A DNA stretch of 62,546 nucleotides, counting the filler, from Choristocarpus tenellus KU-1152 (lineage: Eukaryota; Protista; Phaeophyceae): assembly GCA_964200185.2 (NCBI GenBank). It is 11 parts of 11 records of this genome, joined end to end, with 100 filler letters (N's around TTAATTAATTAA, not from the genome) between each part and the next. Parts side by side here need not be neighbours in the genome. Positions count along the whole stretch, not along the records: positions 37,880 to 40,671 come from CAXNAD020024714.1; positions 40,772 to 45,367 come from CAXNAD020013861.1; positions 45,468 to 48,750 come from CAXNAD020021057.1; positions 48,851 to 51,399 come from CAXNAD020026864.1; 7 more parts are not named here. One strand, 5' to 3'. Shown here one piece after another: positions 38,539 to 51,499 of this stretch (position 1 is its first letter; every line of letters begins with the position of its first letter). The notes below the pieces were generated by a model. The model ran no database searches and was not told the DNA's origin. It worked only from the letters and a program-made list of their open reading frames with translations. A program made the translations under genes and the position numbers.

Positions 38539-38791
38539 GAGCAAACCCAATTGAGAGGTAGGCAGGTTTGGACCCTTTTGAATTCTACGCCATCTTCTCT
38601 TATTCTGCGCAATACTTTGTCCCATTGCTTTTTGTGCATGATAGTGTACTCAAAATTGATATTTCCCCTTTCCACACAGAAAGTGACATCTCAATGGAGC
38701 AAAGACTCCTCTACAATTGTACAAAATTACGTATTTTTACCCTTTCTTGAGACCCTTAAATTGCAACCCTACCTCTCCATTGATTTGGCTG
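38539..38791. mobile_element. Older MITE family D (~255 bp)
   Basis: Imperfect TIR GAGCAAACCCAATTGAGAGGTAGG / CCTACCTCTCCATTGATTTGGCTG. Inverse homology to 39133-39380 and 59409-59671. Confidence 0.65.
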
Positions 38792-39132
38792 AAAAACACT
38801 GAATACGCAAATAAAACTACACACACCCATATACTAGATACAGGACTATTAAAATATATTTTTACAATACTATTTGTAGTATTGGTAGTGAATGCTAAAT
38901 ACATAGATGCGTACGTATGTTTGAAGGATGGAATATTCAACACGAAGGGTGCTTCATACTACCCCTTTTCTGCCCCTTCCTGTCCCCGCCTTTAAATTGT
39001 GTGATACCATGCCACCATCTCCACCATGGCCGCCATCTTCACAATAATCACTCATTGCTGTGTTATCCTCTTACAACCACTCATGATCCATAATCGAGAT
39101 CCACCTCTCTGTGGTCCTGCAGTGTCACCTAT

Positions 39133-39380
39133 GAGTCAAACCAACTGAGAGGTAGACGGGGTTGCAATTTAAGGATTCCGAGAAGGGAAAAAATACCACA
39201 TTTTCTACAACTGCAGAAAGGACCTTTTTTACTGAATTGTGGTCTCACTTTGTGCGTTTAACAGGGGAACGGCAACTTTGCGCACACGAATGTGTACATA
39301 AAGCAATGAAATAGAGTATTGCACAGGGTAAGAAAGATGGCTTGGAATGCAAAAGGGTCCAAGCCCCCCTAATCTTCAAA
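39133..39380. mobile_element. MITE family D, inverted relative to the 38539 copy
   Basis: Starts GAGTCAAACCAACTGAGAGGTAG; interior colinear with 59409-59671. Confidence 0.6.
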
Positions 39381-40671
39381 CACTATCGTGCACATAGCGA
39401 AATTAGATGGAGAGTGAATTTTAGGGATGCTGACATATATGTGCAAAATTTGTCTATTTTTTCAAATTCGTGTAAGACATTTTCTGAATTGTGTCGAAAT
39501 TTTTCAAACAATAGAGAGAAATCGATGTTCTCGAGTCAAACTTAGCACTTCATCTATAGAAATATGGGTGAATTGCGAAAGATTAATAAACTGACTTAAA
39601 GAGCAAAACGACCAACATTTATTTGGGCAGCTTTCGTTTTCTTTGGGTCAGAGTGTATTGTACAGGGTAAGAACATGACCTTTAGAATGCAAAATGATCC
39701 AAACTTGCCTACTTCTTAATTGCTTTGGCTCCTACACTATGTCCTCATCTATGTCGCGTAACGTTTACGCGTGTAGAAGCTGGTATCGAGTTTGAAGTCA
39801 ATTGCACATTTGCACTCAAGGTTAGGGGCTTGCCCCTCCATGTGATGTCCTGCAAACCTCGACGGTAGAGAAAGCTCTGAGGATGATAGAAAAATGAGAG
39901 GTATGGGCATATTTGCGTAAATAGCATCCACGTCTAAAAGCATGTGTGTATGTATGTGTACGGTTCCATGCGTGAGTTAGAGTTACACTTTGGTGGAATG
40001 GAGGAAAGATTTGGAGTAGAGTAACAAACTTTGATCAAGAAGCCTTTCTCGCCGTGTTTGTTGTGAAGCAATTTTTCCTATTGAAGTAAGACAATACAAA
40101 AAATATACTTCCACTTCAGTTTTTTGTTGGTAATAATAATCCGAAGGCAAGATTCATGGTCAGAGCCAAAATGGCATATTATTGTGTGGAAACAAAGTAT
40201 GACTCCATGGTATATTCCATGACAATTTTCATTAGAGCTAATGAACTGTGACGCACGAGTAAGCAACAGCCAATACTTTGCTACGATTGATCTAGATGCT
40301 GAAATAGTTCTAGCAAACAGATAACGAGAAGCAAGACCAGGAGGAACGATATCATAGATAGGCATCGCACTACAAGCATAGGAAGGCAATACTATTTTAT
40401 CTACCGCAATAGTAATAATATTTCGTAATAGTGTCCTAATACAGCCAGTCGTTCAGGGGCACGCATGCCTTCGTATCACACACAATTACATTTATCAACC
40501 TTAAGTATTATATTTGAAAAAAAGTAACAAAATAAAGATTTCATGGTTGTTTCTTCTGTTTAAATGAACCCAGTGATGTTCAATCAGTATGGCTGAGAGT
40601 GCATGTTGAATGTGCATGTGACAGGTGGCAGACCAAGGGCCAAACCCAGCATCTGGGCATCTTCACTACCC

Positions 40672-40771
40672 NNNNNNNNNNNNNNNNNNNNNNNNNNNNN
40701 NNNNNNNNNNNNNNNTTAATTAATTAANNNNNNNNNNNNNNNNNNNNNNNNNNNNNNNNNNNNNNNNNNNN
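40672..40771. other. Artificial contig spacer
   Basis: Same 100-nt linker. Confidence 0.98.
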
Positions 40772-41659
40772 CCCCTGACACATCTGCAAAATGTCAGAGG
40801 GCATAATAATAAAATGTATGATCAATTCTAATCATATTGTAGAATCATATCCTACTTCACCTCTCACTCCTCCATACATCCTGCCTTCAAAAGAATCAAT
40901 CTGGATTCACAATTAATTGATGTATCATCACTTCTAATCATGGAATCATATTCTACCTCAACCTCTTCTTCAATGCATCACAACATGTTGCCTTCACAAG
41001 CATTAAGGACATCTAATCTATATTTATACTCTGAATATGGTAAGTTATTAGAGGATTGAATTGACATACACACATGTATATATATAGTTTTCATTGGTTT
41101 CCCCCCTGACACATCTGCAAAATGTCAGAGGGCATAATAATAAAATATTGAATTGACTTCTTGCAACCAGAGTTTTTTGTTTTACATTCCAACGGTATTA
41201 AGAACCATAACGTTTTTCTTCGAGATGATCGTTGTGATGTTGGTTTGGTTTTTGTTTTACACAGACACGAAATATTATAGAAGATAATTAACTATAATGG
41301 AGTAGACATTTTATGAATTCTCTATTTCAAAATGTTTTTGTTTTTGAGGTTCAAGAACATCGAATATGTAACCACATTCAGGATTATTAGTTGTTTTGAA
41401 GAACAATTAATTACTCGTCACTTTATTGATTTTAAAAGAATTGAAATGCTATACATTAATGACCAGTAATACTTTTGAAGGAAAGAATTCAGAGAACCAT
41501 CCTGTGGTATGAGTAGTGAGTGAGAGAGGAGAGACCTTATTGTATTCTTGGATATCATGTGAATATATTGTGATCAAGGTATTGGTAGAATGAGAGGTAC
41601 CACAAGTTCGAGTGTGGTGAAGTTGACAACACTAAGGACTAGGAAGAGTATCCTCGATC

Positions 41660-44600
41660 ATGCAACGACAGCGTCCTTGCCGACACGTTGACGAAACGAT
41701 GAAATTGCTTGAATTGGAATCGACGACTCTTCTTGGGGAGGGTGAGAAGGTAGAGCAATATTGGTCGGATCGGGGAGGTATGGGGGTGGAAATGGTAGAG
41801 GCCCAGAAATGGGCGGAAAGTACGAATGAGGATTCACCGTCACCTTCCCTTGAGGTTACGACCGCGGCATCAGTCGATAAACAACAAGTGGTGCCTCTTG
41901 TCCCCTCCAGCAAAAAAACAGACTTGCGTTGCGCCAAAGCAGTCATATCGTCCCCTCTGCCCTGGTATATCATCCTCCCTGAATCCAGGCTACATCAAAT
42001 TCAAGACTGCATTGGTGAGGACTCTCAGAAAGACAAGCTTAAATCTATCCTCCTTTCGGTAACTTGTTGCGAGAACTCGAAGGAAAGGAAATGGTGCAAA
42101 CCAATTCACTTACTGATAATGATACTCCTAAACTTTGTCTACTGCAAACGGAACTTTGTTGTCCAGATACAAGTGTTGTTAGGAAAGAGTCAAACTCATT
42201 CCTTGCCTTACTCCTTTCCCTTAACACAATTTGTGAATCATAATGGAAAATCAGTATCAAGATCGATGTCTATGCTGATCTGATCGTCCTCCCTGTCCTT
42301 GTCCCCACCCCCTCATTGACTTTTGGTCTCATTAAGGAAAATTCTTGACGCTGTACGCAATGGCGTCTTTGCCGCTCTGCATATCTTTCCGTCACGTACA
42401 TAATATGGGAGCGGTGTGTATACGCAAGATCGTTATCTCCCAACACGACTGTGGTTGTTGCACATTAGGGATTAAAGTTGGAGGGAGCGAGATGGAGAGA
42501 TGGTGACGCATATATCGTGTGTGTAGGACGTTTGCCTATCCATCTGTGAGGGACGTGTCGTAGAGGTTGATTGGTTTACTCACATTGTTGCAATATCGTT
42601 CACGTGCACAATAGTCCATCTCAAGGTTATAAATTAGAGTTCAATGCCGATGTCCTTGCACCTCCAATGATGAAACGAATGTATCGCGTATGAGCTGTCC
42701 TAACACTTCACCTATACACCTGTTCAGGGACGTGCTGTAGTGGTTAATTGGTTTACCCATATTTCTGCAGTGCCGTTCAGGTAGATTTTTTTTCATCTCA
42801 AGGTTGTCAATTTGAATTCGATGTTTGCGTCCTTGCACCTTGAACGATTGGACAAAGTTGATCATACATGAGCTGCCCTGCCCTGAAGTGTCTCCAAACA
42901 TTCTATTTATTTTTTCATTTGTTTGGAGGGGATGATATATTCTTATCTCCTAGCCACCCCCAGCCACCCCCAGCCACCGCTCTCTCAAGATCGTCCATTG
43001 TAACGGACAGTTCCGCGACGAATTCACACAGATTGTTGCTTAAAGAAGTCAATAGCAGTGACACGCGGATTGTACATAGTCTTGCCTACTTTCAGAGAAA
43101 TTTGTTTCGATATGCCAGCAGGACCCCACCCATACAATGTTATTCCCTGCCTTGAGCTATTCCCAAACATCTCCTCTCTTCCTTCTCCCCATCTTTGCTT
43201 CTTAATCCCCTGGCCCCATCTTACCCTCAAATAGGAGAAATGGTTCCTCTTGAATTCTGTCATTGATCTCTTGTTCCTGTTGGATTTCTGGAGATGGTTT
43301 CTAACGGCCTACAGGGACCCTGTGACAGATGCGCTGATTGTTCATCCCTCCCGCATTGCTCAGCATTATATGGATGGCCTGATGGTGCCAGATATGGTTG
43401 CTGCAATACCCCTTACCTTGGTGAGTGAGTGACCACGCTGGAGAAGCTCCATGTGGTAGGAGTGGGATCTCAAAGTCTGACTCAACCTTTCACCAAGAAC
43501 TTCGGAAGTGCATGCTTGATAACTTCAATAATTTTCACACAGTGTACGCTAGTGCATTATTGTGCACAAGCAACAACTCCGCCGAATGCTCTCTTATTGT
43601 AGATCATCCGGTCCACATTCCCCACACTTCTGCTCCCTTTACTGTTTCATTTTCTGTGCTCTGCCTCTCCTTGCATACTGGTTCAAACCAGATCATGGGC
43701 AGGAATGTGTGGAGCATTAGCAATAAGGTGGCGAGGTTGGTCCGGGTGCCCCAGACATTAAGGCTTGCACACTCTATCAAATCGCTGAGTGAGGAGGTTG
43801 AGGGGCACCACCATCAAAAGCACCTGGTGCTGCACAGTCTGATACGGGTGTGTTTGTGTGTATGAGTGTGTCTACGTATGTGTATGTATGTGATTTTGTT
43901 TTAGACTTACAGGGAGGGCTAGAGTCTCTAGGGCTAAGGTTTAGTCCATGTTGAGATGCCTTTGTGCAGCTGTGGTTAATTTGGGTGGATGTATGTACGC
44001 ATATATATATATATATATCATACATGTTGGGTTGTGTGAGGGGCGATCATGCTTCCTCCAGAAAGTGATAGCGAAAGGATTAATTAAGTGCTCATTTTCA
44101 TGATCGGGAGTAGTGATGTCATACTCGGAGAGTTCTTCTGAGATAGTAGTGGGGTTACGTGTATATATAGAGAGGAGGAAACGAGCTTGCTTCTAAGATT
44201 TGATTATAACAGATGAACATATGTTACATGATATGTATTTATGTGTTTCATTTAGGTTTTTCTATTTCAAGAGATTATTGTCGAAGGGATAGGGGGACCT
44301 TCACTATCATTGACAGGGCGGTTATGGAGAAGCTGACTTCAACATGAACAATCTGAAGTGAAAGGATGACCAAATTTTTTAGTGTGTGTGGGGGGTGAGA
44401 TGCCATTGCTGGAAAGTCTTCCCCTCAGCCTCAATACCAAACGATTGAGATGGAGACAACTACAGTAATGTTCAGTCCTAAGTGCATGAGTAGCGCTTAC
44501 TCCATACCCCCATACCCAATCCCCTCATTCTCAAAAATATTTGTCAACTCCCTCCGCCCTATATTATCAAAAATATTGCCTTTCATTCAGTATGGCACAA

Positions 44601-45069
44601 TTCCCTCATTCGCCGCCACCCTGGCAAAGCCCATGTGCAGAGGTGACTGTGGGTATAGCTAAAGCTGATTTGTTGACTTTTTGAGAAGTTTACGGTGCTG
44701 TATGTATGTAAATTGAAGCATGTTGCTCCCACCAACTCAAACCACCTCATCCAACACTCTGGACTTGTTGGCCTCTGTTGCTTCCGAAGATGCATTAATG
44801 TATCAACAGTCAACAGTCTTGAGTGTTAAAAAAAAAAAATTCTTCCTTGTTTCAATGGCGATCTACTTGCTTTGTACCTTTCACCACCAATTCTAGTGAC
44901 CTGCATTTCCTGTTGAAGTAACTACAAGAACATGCCACAAATTATGCTTAAAGAGACTGTCGATATTAACCATGGTAACCAAGGTGATCATCAACCTCCT
45001 GCTGGTGCTGCACTGGGTGGCTTGTGGCTGGCACTTCCTCTCCTACCTAGAAGACCCAGAGCTTTCATG
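41660..45069 (+). CDS. CNBD-superfamily (KCNH/HCN/CNG-like) cation channel, N-terminus and S1-S5; 3'-partial at contig end
   Basis: Phase-consistent exons 41660(or 41699)-42014, 42337-42413, 43235-43420, 43692-43847, 44984-45069. Motifs WYIILPES, S1 FLTLYAMASLPLCISF, S2 VIDLLFLLDF..FLTAY, RIAQHY, S3 DMVAAIP, S4 KVARLVRVPQTLRL, S5 LLVLHWVACGW. Confidence 0.85.
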
Positions 45070-45367
45070 GTGAGACAGCGGATCGAAAAAGTTACTTAAA
45101 TCCCAAGTCGTGAAGCCAAGGTATCAAAAGTATGTGAGGAAGGGGCTAAAGCTTGCACCCACTCTCACATGCTTCCCTGCTATCACTGGAGGCAAAGGGA
45201 CATCGTAGTTCAAGGCAACGGGCTTAGGAGTGGAGGAAAGTCTGGGGCATGCTGGGATGCCCCATAGTTCTGTTCGAATTGTCATTGAGGTGTTCAAAAG
45301 GGCAGTACACTCTCCCTGAAAGATCTCCTACCCCTCACATCCCACTTCGTCTACAGCCAATTGCACC

Positions 45368-45467
45368 NNNNNNNNNNNNNNNNNNNNNNNNNNNNNNNNN
45401 NNNNNNNNNNNTTAATTAATTAANNNNNNNNNNNNNNNNNNNNNNNNNNNNNNNNNNNNNNNNNNNN
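45368..45467. other. Artificial contig spacer
   Basis: Same 100-nt linker. Confidence 0.98.
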
Positions 45468-45644
45468 GGAGGGTCCGCTTGCTTTGGGGGTTCGGAGCCC
45501 CGGCACTCCGGGGGGGGGGGGGGGGGAGGGGTTGATGATGAGCTCGGTACGGAGGGCTTTGTGTCTGCAGTCCAATCACTTATGTTGGACCTGGAGGAGG
45601 AGATGACTGTAGCTGAGGTGGGAGAAGTGTCTCAGGGTTCGTGA
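45468..45644 (+). CDS. Possible terminal exon of an unidentified gene
   Basis: Frame open from the contig start to TGA, GC-rich, acidic tail (VDDELGTEGFVSAVQSLMLDLEEEM). No recognisable motif. Confidence 0.3.
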   Translation, partial: GGSACFGGSEPRHSGGGGGGGVDDELGTEGFVSAVQSLMLDLEEEMTVAEVGEVSQGS

Positions 45645-47375
45645 TGCAGGGGGTGGTATTTTGGCAAATTGGATTTCGTGTATGATACGTTGGGCCTATG
45701 GAATGGACTGCGTGGGTTATATTTTGGACCGGCATAACGTGTGATTTATTGAGCCAATCAAACTGTGTGTGTCATACGGTGATCCAATAGAATGTGCTGA
45801 CTCTAGGAGTGTCCCGTTGATCTTGTTTGTGGCACGACTTGCTAATGAAGATGCAGGAGGAAAGGGGCCCAATGTGACCTTTGCTTCCGATTCTTCACTG
45901 GTCTCCTTAGAGGAGAGAGATGTATCTAGCCAGATGATCAGTGTGCAATTTTTGTACTCTTTGAGGGAGTTGAAACATGGACATTCATATATATATATAT
46001 ATATATGTATGGTGTATCAGAAACGTCCAAACATTTTGTTTATGTGTGCCATTTTTCATCACCTTCCACCTCTGCAGTTGCATTGGTAAGAGGGCACTCA
46101 GTAATGTCTGCGTTGCCAGTTCCGAAACTCAAAGTAGCCTTACTGTTTGTACGAATAGTGCTTTGGTGAAGAAAGAACATTCCAAAGGTTCAGTTGGAGG
46201 AATTTTATTTTTTTGATTGGTGAATTGAACTGTGGGGCACAGGGCTTTGGTTGAGAGGTGCAGTTCTTGGAATGAGTTGTGGGATTTTTTTTTTGTGGAT
46301 TATTATTGCTATCGTGGTTGTGCCATTGGCAAGTGTGTGTAGGGACAAAGTCAACAGATTGCGCTGTATCTGTATGAGAACAGGGAGGCGTTTTATGAAC
46401 GAAGTTGGCAGGTGGTGATGGTAGTCCCAGTTGTAGGGACTAGAATTAAACCCTACGGCAACTTCGCTGTAGAGGGGTGGTTGTTTTTGTAGCGGTGTGA
46501 AGGCGTTTGTCGTAGTCTGTAAGGTTTTTGATGAAAGAGAGTTGAGTGAGAGTGCTGTTATTACCCTATGTTTTGATAGTGTGTGTATGCACCCACTCAT
46601 GCACCCATCGCCTGCCCACCGATCGAAACCCTATTGGCTGTGTGAGGGTGTCAAGGAGTGCACATTTGGCAGGCACTCCATCATTGTTGTTGCAGTAAAT
46701 AGCCGTGAGCACTGTTGTACAAAAGTAGAGACCGACTCTAGTATATATATATTTTTTTTAATGTATTTTGCATGCACCGACCGAGGCTGCACGAGCTGAG
46801 CTCACTTGTTAATTGTATGCTATTCAAGAGAGATTTGATATGAGTCAGTTGCATAGCTAAGCGTGGCGAACCTGTTAGGCGTGTGTGGGAGGCGTTTTTG
46901 CCTCAGATTCTGGGCATTGAAATTTGCAAGTGCGTTAGGGTCATTTTTGGGGCGGGCTCTTTTCACAGAACCTGGGAAGCCTTCGCTTTCAGCCTAGTTG
47001 AGAGGTGGGGGGATTGATGGGACGGAATGGCTAAACAATGATCGTTGCCTCGGCAGAAAGGTGTACTCCAAATGCTGTGTCGACATTTTCTTACATAACT
47101 ACACTGTACAGTCAACTCTTTTTGTTAATTCCCTACTTCTTAAATGGGGCCACGTGTGCCCTCCGCCCCCAACTGGGAGCTCTCTTTTGCTGTGGAAAAG
47201 TTACTACCTCTGCATACATTCGTGTATATGTCGGGGCCTGCACCTCTCCCCCTTAGCTAGCTCCTTTTGTGTTTGAGTTTTGACTTTATTTTGGTATTCT
47301 TTGATTGCAACCGACAACTCGTATGGACAGATATCTCGCCACAACCTCGTGGGGTGGGATAGGAAGACAAAGAAA

Positions 47376-47556
47376 TATATATGTATTATGCATGCATGCA
47401 TGTATGTATGTATGTATGTATGCATGCATGTATGTATGTATGTATATATATATGTATGTATGTTTGTATATATGTATGTTTGTATATATGTATGTATGTT
47501 TGTATATATGTATGTATGTATGTACGTGTATTTTAAATTTTAATTTAATTTAATTT
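47376..47556. repeat. (TATG)n/(TA)n compound microsatellite followed by (TTTAA)n
   Basis: Directly visible. Confidence 0.9.
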
Positions 47557-48571
47557 TTTAAATTTCTAGAATCGTGTTTTCTTTTTTTTGTGCGTTCGAT
47601 AATATATAATATATATATATATTTATTTATTTTTTGCGAAGTTGTGAAATGATGTCTTTGGATAGACTACCATCAGGAATAACAAAAACAACGCGGCAGG
47701 GTGTGTTGCTCAGACGCGCTTACTCTTGTTTGTTCTCTTTTTGTCTCCTCATCACCCTCACAGGAAGCACGAACACCTTTAGGGTGTGGTGTTACGAATT
47801 TTTCTTTTTGGAAGAATTTATTTATTGGAAAAAAAAACAAACTCTTTTTCGATAATCAGTTTAGTGCGGACACTATATATACATTTTTTAATAGCGCTCT
47901 CTCCCTAAAGCTCACGGGTGGGTAAGTGAATGTAGCCAGTTCGCTTGGTGGTGCAGCCGATTTTGAGAACGAATCTGAGATTCTTGTCAACCAGATATTG
48001 GGGGGATCAGGCGGACCAGTACCGCGTTGTAAGGTATCCTGCCAATATACATAAATAGATACATACATATATAGATATATACATATATACACACATATAT
48101 AGATATATAGATATACATAAATACATTCTTTGGCGGTGTTTCAATACTTTGTCATACCATATTTTTTTTTTCACGGTGGTTAGTTATGCCGATGACTCTC
48201 TATCACTCCCGTGTTCAGTTTCTAGGAACAATGACAGGTATTTTACCAACGGATTACTTGTTCTTCTTCAACTGGGAATGGGGCTAACTAACTGGCCTAT
48301 GGGGTGTATCCGATTGTGCCCGGGGTATGTGACCTCTTGTGTGAGGCTGCGTGGGTTGAGAAAGGCGTTGAATACCACTCGAAGAGATACCCTAACCCCA
48401 ACCCTAAATATACCCCCCATAGTTGATGAAAAGAGGTATATACCCTTCTAGCAGCAGCATAGGCAATTTGTCAACTGCTTCCTGTGCATCATGAACTGAC
48501 TGTATACTTTTTGAGAGTTGCCCTTTACCCTTTACATTTAAAAGTGTCTCTGTGTTTGCTGTTGGAGCCTA

Positions 48572-48607
48572 GTTAGGGTTAGGGCTAGGGCTAGGGTTAG
48601 GGTTTAG
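48572..48607. repeat. Interstitial telomeric-type repeat (TTAGGG/CTAGGG) x5
   Basis: GTTAGGGTTAGGGCTAGGGCTAGGGTTAGGGTTTAG. Confidence 0.8.
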
Positions 48608-48677
48608 TGGAATTTTTTGTTCCCGAAACTGTCTTGTTGCATGTGGCATCATGCATTAAAAAAAAATCAAGGTTCCC

Positions 48678-48711
<34 letters not shown>

Positions 48712-48750
48712 CATCTCCTCTTCCTCCTCGTTTTGTTGTTCTATTCTATT

Positions 48751-48850
48751 NNNNNNNNNNNNNNNNNNNNNNNNNNNNNNNNNNNNNNNNNNNNTTAATT
48801 AATTAANNNNNNNNNNNNNNNNNNNNNNNNNNNNNNNNNNNNNNNNNNNN
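48751..48850. other. Artificial contig spacer
   Basis: Same 100-nt linker. Confidence 0.98.
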
Positions 48851-48904
48851 ATGGACCCCCCGCCGTTGTCCCCCCCCCCCCCCCCCCCCCAGATACTTTG
48901 GGTC
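48851..48904. mobile_element. MITE family A right end at contig start
   Basis: C(n)AGATACTTTGGGTC. Confidence 0.65.
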
Positions 48905-49399
48905 ATACCTTTGCCCACACTGCTGTACCTATCTCTCAGCAGGTATGGATAGAAACAAATTGGTTGAGAGCTTGTGTGACATTGAGCTTTAGAGAGTGGT
49001 GGGTGCAACTAACCAGAGTAAATTGGCGGTAGTGCAGTTTGGGAATGTATGTTGATGTGGTTGAGGTATTTCCAATGCCCAATGCATGTTTCACCAAGCC
49101 GGTCAGGTGTATGGTTTGATATAGGTCAGTGGACACAGGAGAAATGCTGTGAAGGGTACATCTCTTTCAACGAAGTTTCAATCTGATCCAAGTTACACCA
49201 TATATATATGCAAGGAATGATTTTCCATCCCCCTAGAGCTAGGACCTCATTCCTGATCCACTACCATTAATAGCAAGCCAAGACGTGATTGCTTAGAACC
49301 CTGGGATCTTCTAAGATTACAAAGCAAAGAATTTTGGAGTATTTGAAATTTCTTTTTCTTGCATAATTATTTTCCTGCAGGGTTATATACTTCCCTTCA

Positions 49400-49658
49400 G
49401 AGCCAAAGTATCTTAGGGGGTAGAGTCATGTCTATTTGGGATTCAAAATCCAATGTTGCGATTTTGATATAATTTCGGCTATCATATTTGTTAGGAAGTG
49501 TCAATGTCCTTGTTCCGGACACACCTTGTCATAACGTACCCATTTTAACTACTCCGAAACATTTTGGAGTAGGAAAATGTCATAAAAAGAGACCATGGGA
49601 AGCCAAGACCCAAATGGACAGCAGGCGAAAACTTGTATCCTCTAAGATACTTTCACTC
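49400..49658. mobile_element. MITE family B, reverse orientation
   Basis: GAGCCAAAGTATCTTAG...CTAAGATACTTTCACTC; TCA duplicated. Confidence 0.85.
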
Positions 49659-49973
49659 TCACAGTAAGGAGAGGTGTGAGGAAGGAGGTAAGGTTAATGT
49701 CATGATGCATCCTTTGCCTTACGTCTTACATTTCTACATTTGAAGATATTGTATACATAAATCTAGAGCACAGTCTCATATACCTCTACACTAAGCATGC
49801 AATGGAGTACTCTGGAAGAGGCGTATGGGATCTTCATCAGAAGAAAAATCGACTAATGGAGTGCTTTCAGCCGATTTTCCCCTACACTCCCTCAGTCTTG
49901 CATCCTCTTCTTCATTCCCTTCTAATCGATCTTCTGTTTATGTTCTATTTTTCCTATCAAATTTTTGATGTTA

Positions 49974-50409
49974 GAGCCAAAGAATTTAAGAGTGTAGGGC
50001 CGCATCCATTTGGGGTCATAAATCCAATGTGATTTTATTCATTTTGGCTATCGTGTTTGTTAGGAAGGGTCAATATCCTTGCTCCGGACACACCTCCATA
50101 GTCATGTACATTTTACCTTCTCAGAAACATTTCGGGATAGGGCTCAAAGTATCTGGGAGGGGGTGGCAGCTGTCCATTTGGGGTCAATTTTTGCATGTCG
50201 CGATTTTTGGGTGATTTGGTTGCATGCGTCGGATGGATACTGCAAATGCACTTTCCCTGATTTTGGTCCAAATGGACACCCTGGTGTAGACCTCCCCCCT
50301 CCTCCCAGATACTTTGGGTCATAGGAAAATGTAATTAAAAAAAACGTGGGAAGCCAAGCCCCAAACGGAAAAGCAGGGCAAAACTCGTACCCTCTAAGAT
50401 ACTTCACTC
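49974..50409. mobile_element. MITE family B interrupted by a family A copy
   Basis: Colinear with 49400-49658 once 50141-50324 is removed. Confidence 0.85.
50141..50320. mobile_element. MITE family A nested in a family B copy
   Basis: Full TIRs; ATAG duplicated on both flanks. Confidence 0.9.
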
Positions 50410-50730
50410 AATTGCTTTCACACAGAAAACCGGAAAAGGGCATAAAAACCTCCGCGGCAAGCCAAGCCCCGAACAGGCAAAGAGGCAAAAAACCCTACCC
50501 TTTTAAATGCTTTGAGTCTTGGACATAAAACAATCACAACCCATCTCATCTTCTCCTACCTGACTCCCCCTTCACACAAGATAGACAAACCTTTCATTCC
50601 TTGCAATAAAGTTTAAAAAACATACATGGCAGTGAGTGCAACAAAGCAGAACCCTGTATTATAAGGTAGAGACTTTAGGCCTCAGGTATCGAGGACAACC
50701 AGATTGCAGCCTGTGTAGGTCAGTTCTTAC

Positions 50731-50926
50731 CCGCAGTTGGGTGTACCACGTGGTAGTCTGCTGCACCCTTGTAGTTCTCAAATGCTGCAACAGGGTCAAG
50801 TGGAATACCCAAACCTTGCTCATACAGCCTGCCCAGCTGGTAAGAGGCGTCTGCCACACCATTATCGGCGGCACGCCTAAAGAGGTTTGCTGCCTCCCTG
50901 AGCTGATCTTTCATTTCTCGAAGCAC
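50731..50926 (-). CDS. Internal exon of a Sel1-like repeat protein
   Basis: AG/GTAAGA-bounded exon encoding EAANLFRRAADNGVADASYQLGRLYEQGLGIPLDPVAAFENYKGAAD, which fits the Sel1 consensus. Confidence 0.8.
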
Positions 50927-51095
50927 CTACATACCCTCAGGTTGGGTGAGACAGTCAGGGGTAGAATGGGAGTGTAGACTTTGTTTGTTGTGCAAGGCAA
51001 GTTATTGTTGAGTAGTGAAGTTAGAAAAAAGAAGGGACCTAGTATTTAGTAGCCCATACTCCCTGGATGAGGGCAGGATCCCACTGTAGTGTGAG

Positions 51096-51128
<33 letters not shown>

Positions 51129-51399
51129 GTGAAAGGTGGTGAGAGGAATGTAAAGACGAGCTGAAGGTGACTGTGTGCAATATAGGCTAGGAACTATATA
51201 GGCAGTTATATCTTTAGTGAACAGCAGAATATAACAGAAGTATTGGCTGAGTAGAGTAAGGGTAAATGATTTGAATTGGGATGCATAGAGCCACAGGTTC
51301 GAGTCTCGATGGATTTATTTCCTATTTTGTTCAATATAATTGGCTGACGTAGTGCGACTGACACAGACACATTTTGACGTGTCTGATGATGTGCGCAAT

Positions 51400-51499
51400 N
51401 NNNNNNNNNNNNNNNNNNNNNNNNNNNNNNNNNNNNNNNNNNNTTAATTAATTAANNNNNNNNNNNNNNNNNNNNNNNNNNNNNNNNNNNNNNNNNNNN
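51400..51499. other. Artificial contig spacer
   Basis: Same 100-nt linker. Confidence 0.98.

Noticed and set aside
47280-47553. MYVC-repeat ORFs
   Set aside because: Translation of a (TATG)n microsatellite.
48572-48607. True chromosome end
   Set aside because: Only five partly degenerate units, with ordinary sequence on both sides.
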